From Nitrosospira multiformis ATCC 25196 (lineage in GTDB: Bacteria; Pseudomonadota; Gammaproteobacteria; Burkholderiales; Nitrosomonadaceae), in contig NC_007614.1 of NCBI RefSeq assembly GCF_000196355.1, positions 150,001-182,000 on the forward strand: a stretch of DNA of 32,000 nt. The letters run 5' to 3'. Shown piece by piece: positions 8,058-16,439 of this stretch. Below the pieces are notes generated by a model. The model was given only the letters and a program-made list of their open reading frames with translations, had not been told where the DNA came from and ran no database searches. A program made the position numbers and the translations under genes. The stretch's first letter is position 1, and every line of letters starts with the position of its first letter.

Positions 8058-10496
8058 CTACTCCGCGACTCCCTCCGGAAACCCTCTCAACGCAAGCGCA
8101 GCCAAGCTATAGATGGCTACCGCCAACAGGATCACGAAAGTAAACCCCAGGTGAATAGCCAGTAAAGTGGCGAGTACCGCTCCCACGACGGAGGCGAAAC
8201 CGTTGATTGCCCAGACCCAGGGGATTGCCTCTCGGGCAGTGAAAGCTAACCTCATCGTTCCCGTGGGAAAGGGCATGCCCATGCAAAACGCAAGCGGCGC
8301 GATCAACGCTACCGAAATAGCGATTTTTGCCGGATCGGATAAATGGATCAGCGTATCAAACAGGCTGGGCAGGATAGCGAGATAGAGCAGTGCAAGGACA
8401 CCTATTGCCATTACTGCAACAGTCAGATGTCCACTCTTCCGGAACCGCTTTTGCAAGCGCCCGGCAAGCCAGCTTCCCACACCGGCAAATGCCAGAAATG
8501 CGGACAATACGCCGGCGACCGCATATAACGGATGAGCCAGAAACAGGATAAATTTTTGGATGAACGCGATTTCCATGAACATGAAAGCCAGGCCGATGGC
8601 AAGGAAGTACAAAGCGACTTTTGCGGGAGGCAGTGCTCGACGTGCTTTTGAGGCCAGAAGTGGCGCCAGAATGAGAACAACGCTCGCAATGAATGCCTGG
8701 ATCAGCGTTGCTACCAGCAGTGGATAGCTCCAGTCCAGAAGCGGCATGCCTCCCTGTTCCCGCAAGGCGAACAGTTCGCGCAGGGAATCCCACTTGAAGA
8801 AACGGAAAAAAAAAGGCTGATCGTCGGTGGCGGGCTCGATAAAGAATTTATACCGATCGATAAAGGTTTGGCGATCCCCGGCCAGTAACGCGGTTGCTCC
8901 CTCGAAGAAATAGGGCTGTGCCAGCACATTGTAGCGATTTGCTTCCTCGGGTCGCATTCCCGGGTAATAGGTTGTGTCGAATGAGCGCTCACGGCAGAAT
9001 TTCCTGATCGCTTCGATCTCCGCCACCGTGAAATTGCTGTGCTTCACAAGCAGCGTGACCGTTTTCCAGCCCCTTATCATTACAAGGCGCGCTCCTGGAT
9101 TGTCTACGCCGCTTCGCTCCAGGGCGGTGATCGCTGTCGCGAATAATTTCAGGGCATCCCGTGGTGGGAGAGTCAGCCAGCGCGTAATTGCCAGCACCCC
9201 GCCCGGCATTAGCCTTCTCAGATAGGTTTGAAACGCTTCCACGGTATAAAGGTAGCTTTCACTCAGGCCGTACACACCCGCGGCGGCAACACCAAACGAA
9301 TCCAGCAGGGCGACCTGAATCAGATCGTAACGGCTGCGGGTTGCGTTAACAAAGCCGCGCGCTTCCGCCTCGTGTATATGCACCTGGGGCAATGTGTAAA
9401 TATCTCCCCCAAAGTCATGGAAGCGCTTCTCGACGAGATCGATGACGTTGCGGTCGAGTTCTACCCCATCGATCCTGATCGCGCCATGGTAGAGGGCCTG
9501 CAGAACGTCGCTGCCCGCCCCTGCTCCCAACACCAGCACATGCGGGCCGGCGTGAGGCCGCTGCAGCACATGGTAAGGTAACGCCGAGGTAAGCTGGTCG
9601 AGATAGGATAGGGGTTCACGTCGGCCATTAAAGCGCGTCAGCACGGAGGGGCCGTCTCCATCCACGAATATGCCCAGCTGATCCGGCGGTTCTTCCAGCG
9701 CATTAAGGCTCATTCCCGGCGCATAACGGAAAGGAACGCGCGGGCTTTCCACGACCGTAATCTGTCCCAATGGACTGGAACGTTCTCCGATCACCTGCGC
9801 GCCCGTAATATTCAGGGCTTGACTCAAATCCTTGTAGGGGGAAGGATGCACACGGAACCCCTCGGGGGGGATGGCCAGCAATACCAGGAAAGCCAGCCCG
9901 AGAAGGGCAATCCACAGCCACTCGGGTCGTATCCTCATCTCGATTGTGGCGACAGCGGCGGCAAACAGGGCCAGTGCGGCGAGGACGATAAGCAGGTTGT
10001 GTGGTGGTGTAAGAAACAGCACGCCGATAACACACATACTGCCTATTCCCGCTCCCATAATATCGAAGGCGTAGATGCGCCCAGCCTGCTGCCCAAAGTG
10101 CGACAGGATGAGGCCGATACCTGTTCCCGCGCAGAAGAAGGGCAGCATCATGAGCAGATAAATGGAGAGCAGGTGCGTCAACTGGAATGGATCCCATAGC
10201 AGTTCAAGGGGGTTGAACGGGATTTCCTGCGCCAGTAGAAACGCCGCGGGCATGAGAAAAGCGAGGCCAATGGCTGCCGCGAGATAGATAGGGCCTATGT
10301 ACCCGTTAATTTTTTCTCGTAAGAGTGTGAGAGCGGTGCCACTCGCTCCGTAGCCCAGCATCGCCGCGCTGATGATCATGTAGGCAAAATGGTGCCACAG
10401 CACGATGCTGAACAAGCGCGTGAGCAATACCTCATATGCCAGTACGCAGGCGGAGAGCAGTCCGATGGCAATAAAGGGCGGACGTGGCAAGGACAT
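8058..10496 (-). CDS. Fused MFS-like / spermidine-synthase-like polytopic membrane protein (SAM-dependent transferase core)
   Basis: 812 aa. N-terminal (~7) and C-terminal (~6) hydrophobic helix bundles flank a soluble core. The core carries SAM motif I HVLVLGAGAGSDV and a SpeE-like YDLIQVALLDSFG. The gene starts 5 nt after the pcm stop, indicating an operon. Confidence 0.85.
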   Translation of the reverse strand: MSLPRPPFIAIGLLSACVLAYEVLLTRLFSIVLWHHFAYMIISAAMLGYGASGTALTLLREKINGYIGPIYLAAAIGLAFLMPAAFLLAQEIPFNPLELLWDPFQLTHLLSIYLLMMLPFFCAGTGIGLILSHFGQQAGRIYAFDIMGAGIGSMCVIGVLFLTPPHNLLIVLAALALFAAAVATIEMRIRPEWLWIALLGLAFLVLLAIPPEGFRVHPSPYKDLSQALNITGAQVIGERSSPLGQITVVESPRVPFRYAPGMSLNALEEPPDQLGIFVDGDGPSVLTRFNGRREPLSYLDQLTSALPYHVLQRPHAGPHVLVLGAGAGSDVLQALYHGAIRIDGVELDRNVIDLVEKRFHDFGGDIYTLPQVHIHEAEARGFVNATRSRYDLIQVALLDSFGVAAAGVYGLSESYLYTVEAFQTYLRRLMPGGVLAITRWLTLPPRDALKLFATAITALERSGVDNPGARLVMIRGWKTVTLLVKHSNFTVAEIEAIRKFCRERSFDTTYYPGMRPEEANRYNVLAQPYFFEGATALLAGDRQTFIDRYKFFIEPATDDQPFFFRFFKWDSLRELFALREQGGMPLLDWSYPLLVATLIQAFIASVVLILAPLLASKARRALPPAKVALYFLAIGLAFMFMEIAFIQKFILFLAHPLYAVAGVLSAFLAFAGVGSWLAGRLQKRFRKSGHLTVAVMAIGVLALLYLAILPSLFDTLIHLSDPAKIAISVALIAPLAFCMGMPFPTGTMRLAFTAREAIPWVWAINGFASVVGAVLATLLAIHLGFTFVILLAVAIYSLAALALRGFPEGVAE

Positions 10497-10501
10497 GATG
10501 A

Positions 10502-11212
10502 TTAATGTCCGCCTCTGAGAGGAACGAACCGAACCGGGACAATTTGATGGGTGGTAACTGAACCGTCCGGCTGTTTCTCCACCAGCATCAGGTACTGGGT
10601 CATGAAAGGTGCGCCCAACGGCACCACCATACGTCCGCCGGGCTTCAGTTGCTTGAGCAGAGGAGGGGGCACATGACTGGCGGCGGCCGTTACCAGGATG
10701 GCGTCGAATGGGGCCGCTTCCGGCCAGCCGTAATAACCGTCCCCTATGCGGGTCTTCACATTGTCGTAGCCCAGCGATTGCAATCTTCCTGCAGCCTCGT
10801 TTCCCAGGGGTTCGATGATTTCAATTGTATAAACCGTTTTCGCGATCTCCGCCAGGACAGCAGCCTGATAACCCGAGCCCGTCCCGATTTCAAGAACCTT
10901 GTCGTCTTTCTTGAGCTTCAGCAGCTCGGTCATCCGCGCAACGATGAGGGGTTGCGAGATCGTCTGTCCATGGCCGATCGGGAGTGGATGATTGCGATAC
11001 GCAAATATGGAGAGCCAGGCAGGTACGAAGCGATGGCGCTCCACTTTTTCCATTGCCGCTACAACACTTGCTCCGGGAGGGGAATTACCGGATGCGGCAA
11101 TCACTTCCCTCACCATTTTCTGGCGCAAGGCCTCATATTCCGCAGCTGACAGCGGAATAACACAACCGAAATACATCAATGCGCCGAAAGCGGTCGCAAA
11201 CTGCCAGTTCAT
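10502..11212 (-). CDS. pcm: Protein-L-isoaspartate(D-aspartate) O-methyltransferase with an N-terminal signal-peptide-like segment
   Basis: HRFVP...HGQTISQPLIVARMTELL...VLEIGTGSGYQAAVLAE...DAILVTAA...LKPGGRMVVPLG is the canonical PIMT motif set. ATG 11212 gives MNWQFATAFGALMYFGCVIPLSAAEYE, hydrophobic with an LSA-A cleavage-like site. The track start at 11239 is a TTG. Confidence 0.9.
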   Translation of the reverse strand: MNWQFATAFGALMYFGCVIPLSAAEYEALRQKMVREVIAASGNSPPGASVVAAMEKVERHRFVPAWLSIFAYRNHPLPIGHGQTISQPLIVARMTELLKLKKDDKVLEIGTGSGYQAAVLAEIAKTVYTIEIIEPLGNEAAGRLQSLGYDNVKTRIGDGYYGWPEAAPFDAILVTAAASHVPPPLLKQLKPGGRMVVPLGAPFMTQYLMLVEKQPDGSVTTHQIVPVRFVPLRGGH

Positions 11213-11247
11213 CAGTTCATTAAAGCAAATTTGCGGCAACTTGCTGA

Positions 11248-11277
11248 AATGCGCCGCCTTACTCGTTGCGGCGCATT
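11248..11277 (-). other. Strong hairpin between Gly/His-rich paralogue 2 and pcm (attenuator or terminator candidate)
   Basis: The 10-bp perfect arms aatgcgccgc / gcggcgcatt flank a 10-nt loop. No clear U-tract follows on either strand. It sits 36 nt upstream of the pcm ATG. Confidence 0.3.
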
Positions 11278-11394
11278 GCTTGGACTCAGGGTATGTTCAA
11301 GATCGCGCAGGCGGTTCGAGGGTAAGGTTATCCAAAACTGAAAATCTTACCCTACGGAGGTGGGAGCGGGGGGAGTAATCATGGCAATTTTGCG

Positions 11395-11847
11395 CTATTG
11401 CCCAGGTTGAGGCGCAACTTGCAGCCATCCACCCGGGCAGCTTTTCACGTAAGGATAGTAGCCTTCCGGATTCCGGCAGTAATGCCAGTAGTTTGAGGCT
11501 TGGGGCTGGGGCGGGGCCTGCACGACGCCCTGCTGGATATAGACAGGGGGAGCAGCGGGAACCGAGACGACAGGGGCATACCCATAGCCTGCCGGAGGAT
11601 AGCTGTAGGCAGGGGGATACGAGGGACGAGCAGCATAGGAACTCAGGCCATAACCCAGCAGACCCAACCCCAGACCGATTCCAACCCCATAGCCCCAACC
11701 TCCACCTCCGCCGTGTCGATGGTGATGATGCCCATGGTGGTGGTGCCCATGATGACCGTGACCATGCCCTCCCCCGGCCCATGCGGGACTCATGGGAGCT
11801 GCCATGAACAGCGTGAGTGCAAAGCACCCGAATTTTATTTTTGTCAT
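11395..11847 (-). CDS. Exported Gly/His-rich low-complexity protein, paralogue 2 (150 aa), with the same C-terminal module
   Basis: ATG 11847 is preceded by ggagatcttc (paralogue 1 has gagatctgt in the same position). Signal peptide MTKIKFGCFALTLFMAAPMSPAWA. Then GGGHGHGHHGHHHHGHHHHRHGGGGGWGYG, a GLGLG block, a Pro/Tyr block, VPAAPPVYIQQ, and NYWHYCRNPEGYYPYVKSCPGGWLQVAPQP. Confidence 0.8.
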   Translation of the reverse strand: MTKIKFGCFALTLFMAAPMSPAWAGGGHGHGHHGHHHHGHHHHRHGGGGGWGYGVGIGLGLGLLGYGLSSYAARPSYPPAYSYPPAGYGYAPVVSVPAAPPVYIQQGVVQAPPQPQASNYWHYCRNPEGYYPYVKSCPGGWLQVAPQPGQ

Positions 11848-11958
11848 GAAGATCTCCATTCCAAAGTAGTAATTAACGCAGAGCCAAGCCTCATTATTTC
11901 AACCTGCAGAAAATATAACGCGCCACTTTAGAATCGGTTGTCCTGTGGTTACTAAAAA

Positions 11959-11975
11959 TTCACAAAAATTTCACA
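11959..11975. promoter_or_regulatory. Direct repeat TTCACA-N5-TTCACA (11-bp register) in the divergent promoter region
   Basis: ttcacaaaaatttcaca lies between paralogue 2 (start 11847, minus) and the His-rich gene (start 12176, plus). This geometry is typical of OmpR/PhoB-type response-regulator sites. No specific regulator is implied. Confidence 0.25.
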
Positions 11976-12175
11976 ATATTCTCTCTGACGGTAAACGGAG
12001 GAGGTAGTATCGCGTTATTGGATATTGGGTAGTGCAGGAGGAGCAGCCGGAGTCATTCACCAGACAGCCTGTCTTGCAACACTGTACTTAAGTCCAATAG
12101 CCATCGTGGCAACACAAGAAGATAATCGCCACGAGTGAGATGTGAATTCGGTTCAAATAATTTCAACAAAAGGAG

Positions 12176-12592
12176 ATGAAGATGCGGATTCTGGCAATAT
12201 TGTTGGCGGCGGCAATCGCGTATGCAACCCCGGTAGTGGCACGGAACGGCGGCGGGAAGCACGACGGACATCAGGGAGTTGAACATGCAAACGCCGGAGG
12301 AACGGCATCCGAGCATATGGGCCAGCACGGCATGGAGAACTCGAACGCGCAGTGGTCAACTGATGCGGCACGCGGGCAGGATCGCGCCGACTGGAGAAAC
12401 CAGGATGGGCGGGGGAATGGGCATGGAGCGGGCGATGAAGATCAGGCCGGGAAAGGCAAGCATAAAGGTTCTCATGATCATGGAGGCAGCGACAAGGGCA
12501 AGAAGGATAAATCCAGTAAGGGATCGAAGGGTCACAATGGTCACGAAGGCCACAAGGGTCACAAGGGCCATGGCAAGGATGCGGATTACTAG
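12176..12592 (+). CDS. Exported His/Gly/Lys-rich low-complexity protein
   Basis: aaaggag Shine-Dalgarno sequence ending immediately before ATG 12176. Signal peptide MKMRILAILLAAAIAYATPVVA. The mature part is rich in H, G, K, D and N (…GHNGHEGHKGHKGHGKDADY). Confidence 0.6.
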   Translation: MKMRILAILLAAAIAYATPVVARNGGGKHDGHQGVEHANAGGTASEHMGQHGMENSNAQWSTDAARGQDRADWRNQDGRGNGHGAGDEDQAGKGKHKGSHDHGGSDKGKKDKSSKGSKGHNGHEGHKGHKGHGKDADY

Positions 12593-12660
12593 GAATTGTC
12601 CCCAGGCGGCGGGAAAGACCGGGAGCAACAGCAGAAAAAGACTTTTTGGAAGGAGATGTG

Positions 12661-13308
12661 ATGTCGAACGAAGCGGTTAACTATTGGAAGTTTGCAACGA
12701 TTGGAATATTGCTGGTGGGCGCAAGCGTTGCATCGACTCTGTTCCTCACGGGGCGGGATTCCGATTCCAAGCCCGAGCTCGCGGCTTCCGCGGCTGAGAC
12801 TGAGGCAGTTTCCGCTGGCGGCGAGACTCCGGTTTCCGAGGCAGGGAAAAAGCCTCTTGCTTCAGTCCCCGAACCGGCCCCAATCGCCCAAGCTGCCCCT
12901 GAGCCTCCAAAGCGCCCCAGAGTAACGCAATCGAACCAGAATGCCGCAGCTGCGGTTCCTCCTTCCCCGTCCTATGCTCCCCCGGCGGCATATCCCCCCC
13001 AGCCGGTCCGTTCGTCCTACCCGTCTCAGTCCGTCATGAATGAATGCAACCGCTATGCAAGCGAGCAGGTGAACAGCAAAGCCGAAGAAGTGCTCAAGAA
13101 CGCAGCGCTCGGCGCAGCGCTAGGGGCGGCTGTAGGTGCTGCAGGTGGAGCGATCGCCGGCGGTGGAAAAGGTGCTGGCAAGGGTGCAGCGATTGGTAGT
13201 ATAACAGGCGTTGCTGGCGGAACTCTTTATGGTCTCAACGAGACCAAATCCCATGATGGACAGTATCAGGCTGCCTATTCTTCCTGCATGCGCGCCAAGG
13301 GGTATTAA
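12661..13308 (+). CDS. Membrane-anchored glycine-zipper protein (YMGG-like)
   Basis: aaggag 5 nt before ATG 12661; the track start at 12646 is a TTG. One N-terminal TM segment (FATIGILLVGASVASTLF), then a Pro/Ala-rich linker. The zipper is GAALGAAVGAAGGAIAGGGKGAGKGAAIGSITGVAGG, with C-terminal YQAAYSSCMRAKGY. Confidence 0.7.
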   Translation: MSNEAVNYWKFATIGILLVGASVASTLFLTGRDSDSKPELAASAAETEAVSAGGETPVSEAGKKPLASVPEPAPIAQAAPEPPKRPRVTQSNQNAAAAVPPSPSYAPPAAYPPQPVRSSYPSQSVMNECNRYASEQVNSKAEEVLKNAALGAALGAAVGAAGGAIAGGGKGAGKGAAIGSITGVAGGTLYGLNETKSHDGQYQAAYSSCMRAKGY

Positions 13309-13731
13309 GGCCTGAATTGCAATCGTTAAACGAATGCTTCAAGAATGCCGTTGGTCGTCGGATGATTTGCCTGGTCTGTGAGTGCGGGATGGCGTTGAGC
13401 GCGAGGTAGAGCTGGTAATCGTGGGTTTCGGGTTTCCCGCAGTACTCAATACTCCCGCTCTGCTCAGCAAAGAAAGGCAGCGCCGATCGTCGAGCAGATC
13501 GGCAGTTGTAATGGGCCCCTTGCTGGCATGGTGCTGGGCCGAGCTTGGTCGAGTTTGGCCGAGTTTGGCTTGAGCCACTTGAAGTAGGTATCGATGAGGT
13601 CTGCTGATAGAATCTGCTAACGCCCTTGGTCGTGCCTGCATAAAAGTGTCCTGACTGTCAAGATAGCCAGGATGAGTTGAATTAAACCAGAATAACAAGA
13701 CGTGCGAAGTGGCATGCGCCACACTCAATTG

Positions 13732-14151
13732 ATGACGATGTATTTATTTGGACTGGTTTTGTTAGTTATTTCTGTTTCTTTCCCCCTGGTTTCACGAGGC
13801 CAGGATAATACGCTGAACAATCCTCACCCAGGCCCAGGATGGAAAGTTGTGGCGACAACTGACAAGGAGGTCTTTTTTGTCCATATGCCGAGCATCAGGA
13901 GGCACGGCAATACTGTGGATGTTTGGGAAATGTCCGACTTTCCTAATACCAGGACTCCTTCCAAGTCGACCAAGTTTCAATATAGGTACGATTGCAAAAA
14001 TAGATCCTATTACACCCGGCAAAGCACGCACTATTCTCAGTATGGAGGCAGGGGAGATATTATGTCCTCCTCAATAGAGGAAGGACCAGTAACGAAAGTG
14101 ATAGCCGGTACTATAGGGGAGACACTGCTGGAGCTGGTGTGTAAGAAGTAG
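13732..14151 (+). CDS. Surface-adhesin protein E-like exported protein
   Basis: Signal-peptide-like MTMYLFGLVLLVISVSFPLVSRG. The W..V....(F)FVHMPSIRRHGNTVDVW....YRYDCKNRSY pattern resembles the adhesin-E family. The start is ambiguous (GTG 13702, ATG 13714/13732/13738). Confidence 0.55.
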   Translation: MTMYLFGLVLLVISVSFPLVSRGQDNTLNNPHPGPGWKVVATTDKEVFFVHMPSIRRHGNTVDVWEMSDFPNTRTPSKSTKFQYRYDCKNRSYYTRQSTHYSQYGGRGDIMSSSIEEGPVTKVIAGTIGETLLELVCKK

Positions 14152-14268
14152 TGTCCTCCTACAAGGGGTTATATGGAGTATCAGGAGAATTCGATAAGCC
14201 TGCTCCAGGATGAACTTATAGGAAGTGCAGCCTTCGTAAGTGAGTTGCGCTTGAAAGGACACGGCGCG

Positions 14269-14859
14269 ATGAAGAAAAACATTCTTGCGGCACTACTTCT
14301 CCCTGCTGAAAGAATGGATCTGCGGCTCAGGCATCTTCCCTTCGAAGCAAGGATGGCCATGGCAATCATTGCGCTCTCAACCCTTGTTGCCTGGCCTCTT
14401 TCAGCCGCTGACTCTGCCGATGAAATAATACGGGCAAAAGCAATCAGTATCGTTGATGGTGACTCGATCAGCGTTGTTATAAATCAGGAGCTGGTAAGGG
14501 TACGCCTGGCAGGGATAGACGCCCCGGAAGGAACTCAGCCATTTGCTATTGATTCCAGACAATCCCTCCACGACTTATGCTTCTGGGTAGAAGCAGAGCT
14601 CAGTTCGATAAGCAAGGATTACTATGGGCGCATGTTGGCAAAGGTCAAGTGTAATGGAGTGAATGTTAACGCCGAGCAGGTACGGCGAGGAATGGCATGG
14701 GTAGCAGACCAATCGGTGGGGGAGAGGGAACTCGTTCAGCTTCAGGAAGAAGCGCAGGCTGGAAAGCGAGGATTATGGTCATATGAATCATCCATACCCC
14801 CTTGGGAGTGGCATTCGCGGGGATGGTATTCCCAGCGGAGTTGGTCTGGCCCTCGATGA
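14269..14859 (+). CDS. Thermonuclease (staphylococcal nuclease, SNase-like) family protein, exported
   Basis: VDGDSISVV...VRVRLAGIDAPE...YYGRMLAKV...VNVNAEQVRRGMAW...AQAGKRGLWS...PPWEWH is co-linear with SNase homologues. ATG 14269 (MKKNILAALLL) is favoured over the track start at 14173. Confidence 0.85.
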   Translation: MKKNILAALLLPAERMDLRLRHLPFEARMAMAIIALSTLVAWPLSAADSADEIIRAKAISIVDGDSISVVINQELVRVRLAGIDAPEGTQPFAIDSRQSLHDLCFWVEAELSSISKDYYGRMLAKVKCNGVNVNAEQVRRGMAWVADQSVGERELVQLQEEAQAGKRGLWSYESSIPPWEWHSRGWYSQRSWSGPR

Positions 14860-14919
14860 AAAAATGGGGATATAGGAAAGATCAGGAAACGTATCATCCA
14901 CTGCCTCATACTTTCATCA

Positions 14920-15114
14920 TCAGTTTCGTGAAGAAATACTACTGATACGAACCCTGTCTCCGTTTGAAATTCCATCCAGTGTATTTTCGATAATGCGATC
15001 GTCAGGCCTCAAACCTGCCCTGAGTTCGACGAGTTTGCCCAGATCACTGATGATCAGGACAGGTTTCAGTACAACCCTGTCATCAAGCTGTTTCAGATTG
15101 TTGAACCCGAACAA
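14920..15114 (-). pseudogene. Isolated C-terminal remnant of an RND/HlyD-type efflux periplasmic adaptor
   Basis: The 64-codon ORF reads VVLKPVLIISDLGKLVELRAGLRPDDRIIENTLDGISNGDRVRI, matching the last beta-barrel/MP-domain stretch of adaptor subunits (…V.iG...g..veI..GL..gD.vI......l.dG..V). No upstream remainder exists: an in-frame stop lies 6 codons upstream. Confidence 0.35.
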
Positions 15115-15599
15115 GGCCGAATCAAGGAATTATTAATGAGTTTTCCCCTGTTACCGGGGATAGAGCGGGGATAGGTTTGTGGATAAATTCCTTAAGGCTC
15201 TGTTTCAGCTGGCTCTGTGGGGGTTGATCAGATTTGTTGCAGCATTGTTTCACCCACCTATGGCAGTATTCTGAAAGAGACCCAAGTTTTCCATTTTCGA
15301 GTTGTGCGAAAATCGCTGGATGATAGGCGGTATATATAGTTTGTGAAAGATTAAGAGGGGATGAAGGCGCGCAATGAACCGTCTCATGGGGAGAGGGATG
15401 ATCCAGGGCTGCGATAATATGGCATCCCATGCGCGCGTCAGTTCTACTGCGAGGGCAGACCTTGTTGCGACTCAATCGGGGTAACTGCTGCGCGGCGGAA
15501 ACGGCATTCCTCCGCCAACGTCGTGCAGCCACGGTACAACAATGAAAAGACCACCCCGACAGGGGTGGCCCGAAGAGTGAATGCGATAACCCTGTTTGC

Positions 15600-16439
15600 T
15601 CAGGTGCGACGACGGCCCGTGAAGGCAAAACCAAGCAGACCGATACCCATCAGAGCTAAAATGCCGGGTTCAGGCACTTCTGCGGCGGTAAAGCCTTGGG
15701 ATCCATCGGTTTGGATTACAAAACTCGATGCAGTGTCAGCCCCGGTGGCAACTCCGTTAAATGCTGCCGGCCGCGTATATTCCGGAGCACTCTGGCCGGG
15801 GAACTGAAGCGAGGCTTGAAACTGGGTGCCTGACAATGCCGGATTTATATACGTGCTATTAGTGAAGGTGACCGTTCCGAACAGAAAACCGCCGCCCGTG
15901 CCGAGTACGGCCGGCCCGGGAATCGCACCGGTTGCAGCGAAGGTGCTGAAACCGCTGTCCCATGTTCCACTCAGTATATTCACCCCGTCGAGAAAGCCCG
16001 TCCCGGTGGACTGATCCGCATTAGGACTGGAATCAAGGAAAATTTCCCATGATCCGCTGTTCGTAATGATCTGAATGCTGGAACACCCGTCGTTCTGGCA
16101 AATCGCGGTCTGTGTAAGCGTCTGAAAGGTGGTTATTTCGTACGTTCCGGTTTCAGGACCAGGCGACGACACAAATAGATTATTCGTCGGGGAAGTGGTG
16201 TTGATGACACCTGCAAAAGCTTGATACGTCAAGGTGAAGGTATCGCTATCACCGGCTTTGCTGGCACCGGTCAGGTCAAACCCCTGAACCCAGCCGCCCC
16301 CATTTGAATGCCAGTCGAAGCCTGTAAAATTTTGCAGTACTCCATCTGCGCTGAATGTGTCCAGGGTTGCGGAATATCCAATGGCGGGACCACCCAGCAA
16401 TACTGCAGCCATTGATAAATTGATGAGTTTTTTATTCAC
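15600..16439 (-). CDS. PEP-CTERM sorting-domain exported protein
   Basis: The C-terminus VPEPGILALMGIGLLGFAFTGRRRT has the PEP motif, a TM helix and an Arg cluster. GTG 16439 is preceded by agagggaaag and gives VNKKLINLSMAAVLLGGPAIGYSA, which is signal-like. Confidence 0.85.
   Translation of the reverse strand: MNKKLINLSMAAVLLGGPAIGYSATLDTFSADGVLQNFTGFDWHSNGGGWVQGFDLTGASKAGDSDTFTLTYQAFAGVINTTSPTNNLFVSSPGPETGTYEITTFQTLTQTAICQNDGCSSIQIITNSGSWEIFLDSSPNADQSTGTGFLDGVNILSGTWDSGFSTFAATGAIPGPAVLGTGGGFLFGTVTFTNSTYINPALSGTQFQASLQFPGQSAPEYTRPAAFNGVATGADTASSFVIQTDGSQGFTAAEVPEPGILALMGIGLLGFAFTGRRRT

Noticed and set aside
5412-13700. Idea that tRNA-Lys marks the attachment site of an integrated genomic island
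   Set aside because: No integrase gene lies next to the tRNA, and I did not find a repeat of the tRNA 3' end by eye. An exact-match search is required before making any claim.
13339-13728. 129-aa minus-strand ORF, other frame fragments (…LIDTYFKWLKPNSAKLDQA…, …GKPETHDYQLYLALNAIPHSQTRQIIRRP…), and three imperfect 10-bp tandem units gag(c/t)ttgg(t/c)(c/t) at 13541-13570
   Set aside because: It looks like a decayed gene, possibly a recombinase or transposase. I could not assign any family from the fragments. The 3 x 10 bp repeat totals 30 bp, so it does not by itself explain a frameshift.
15122-15634. 170-aa minus-strand ORF (or 102 aa from ATG 15430) downstream of the PEP-CTERM gene
   Set aside because: The upstream third overlaps the PEP-CTERM CDS. 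The remainder has no motifs, Shine-Dalgarno sequence or recognisable fold. It cannot be supported beyond being open.
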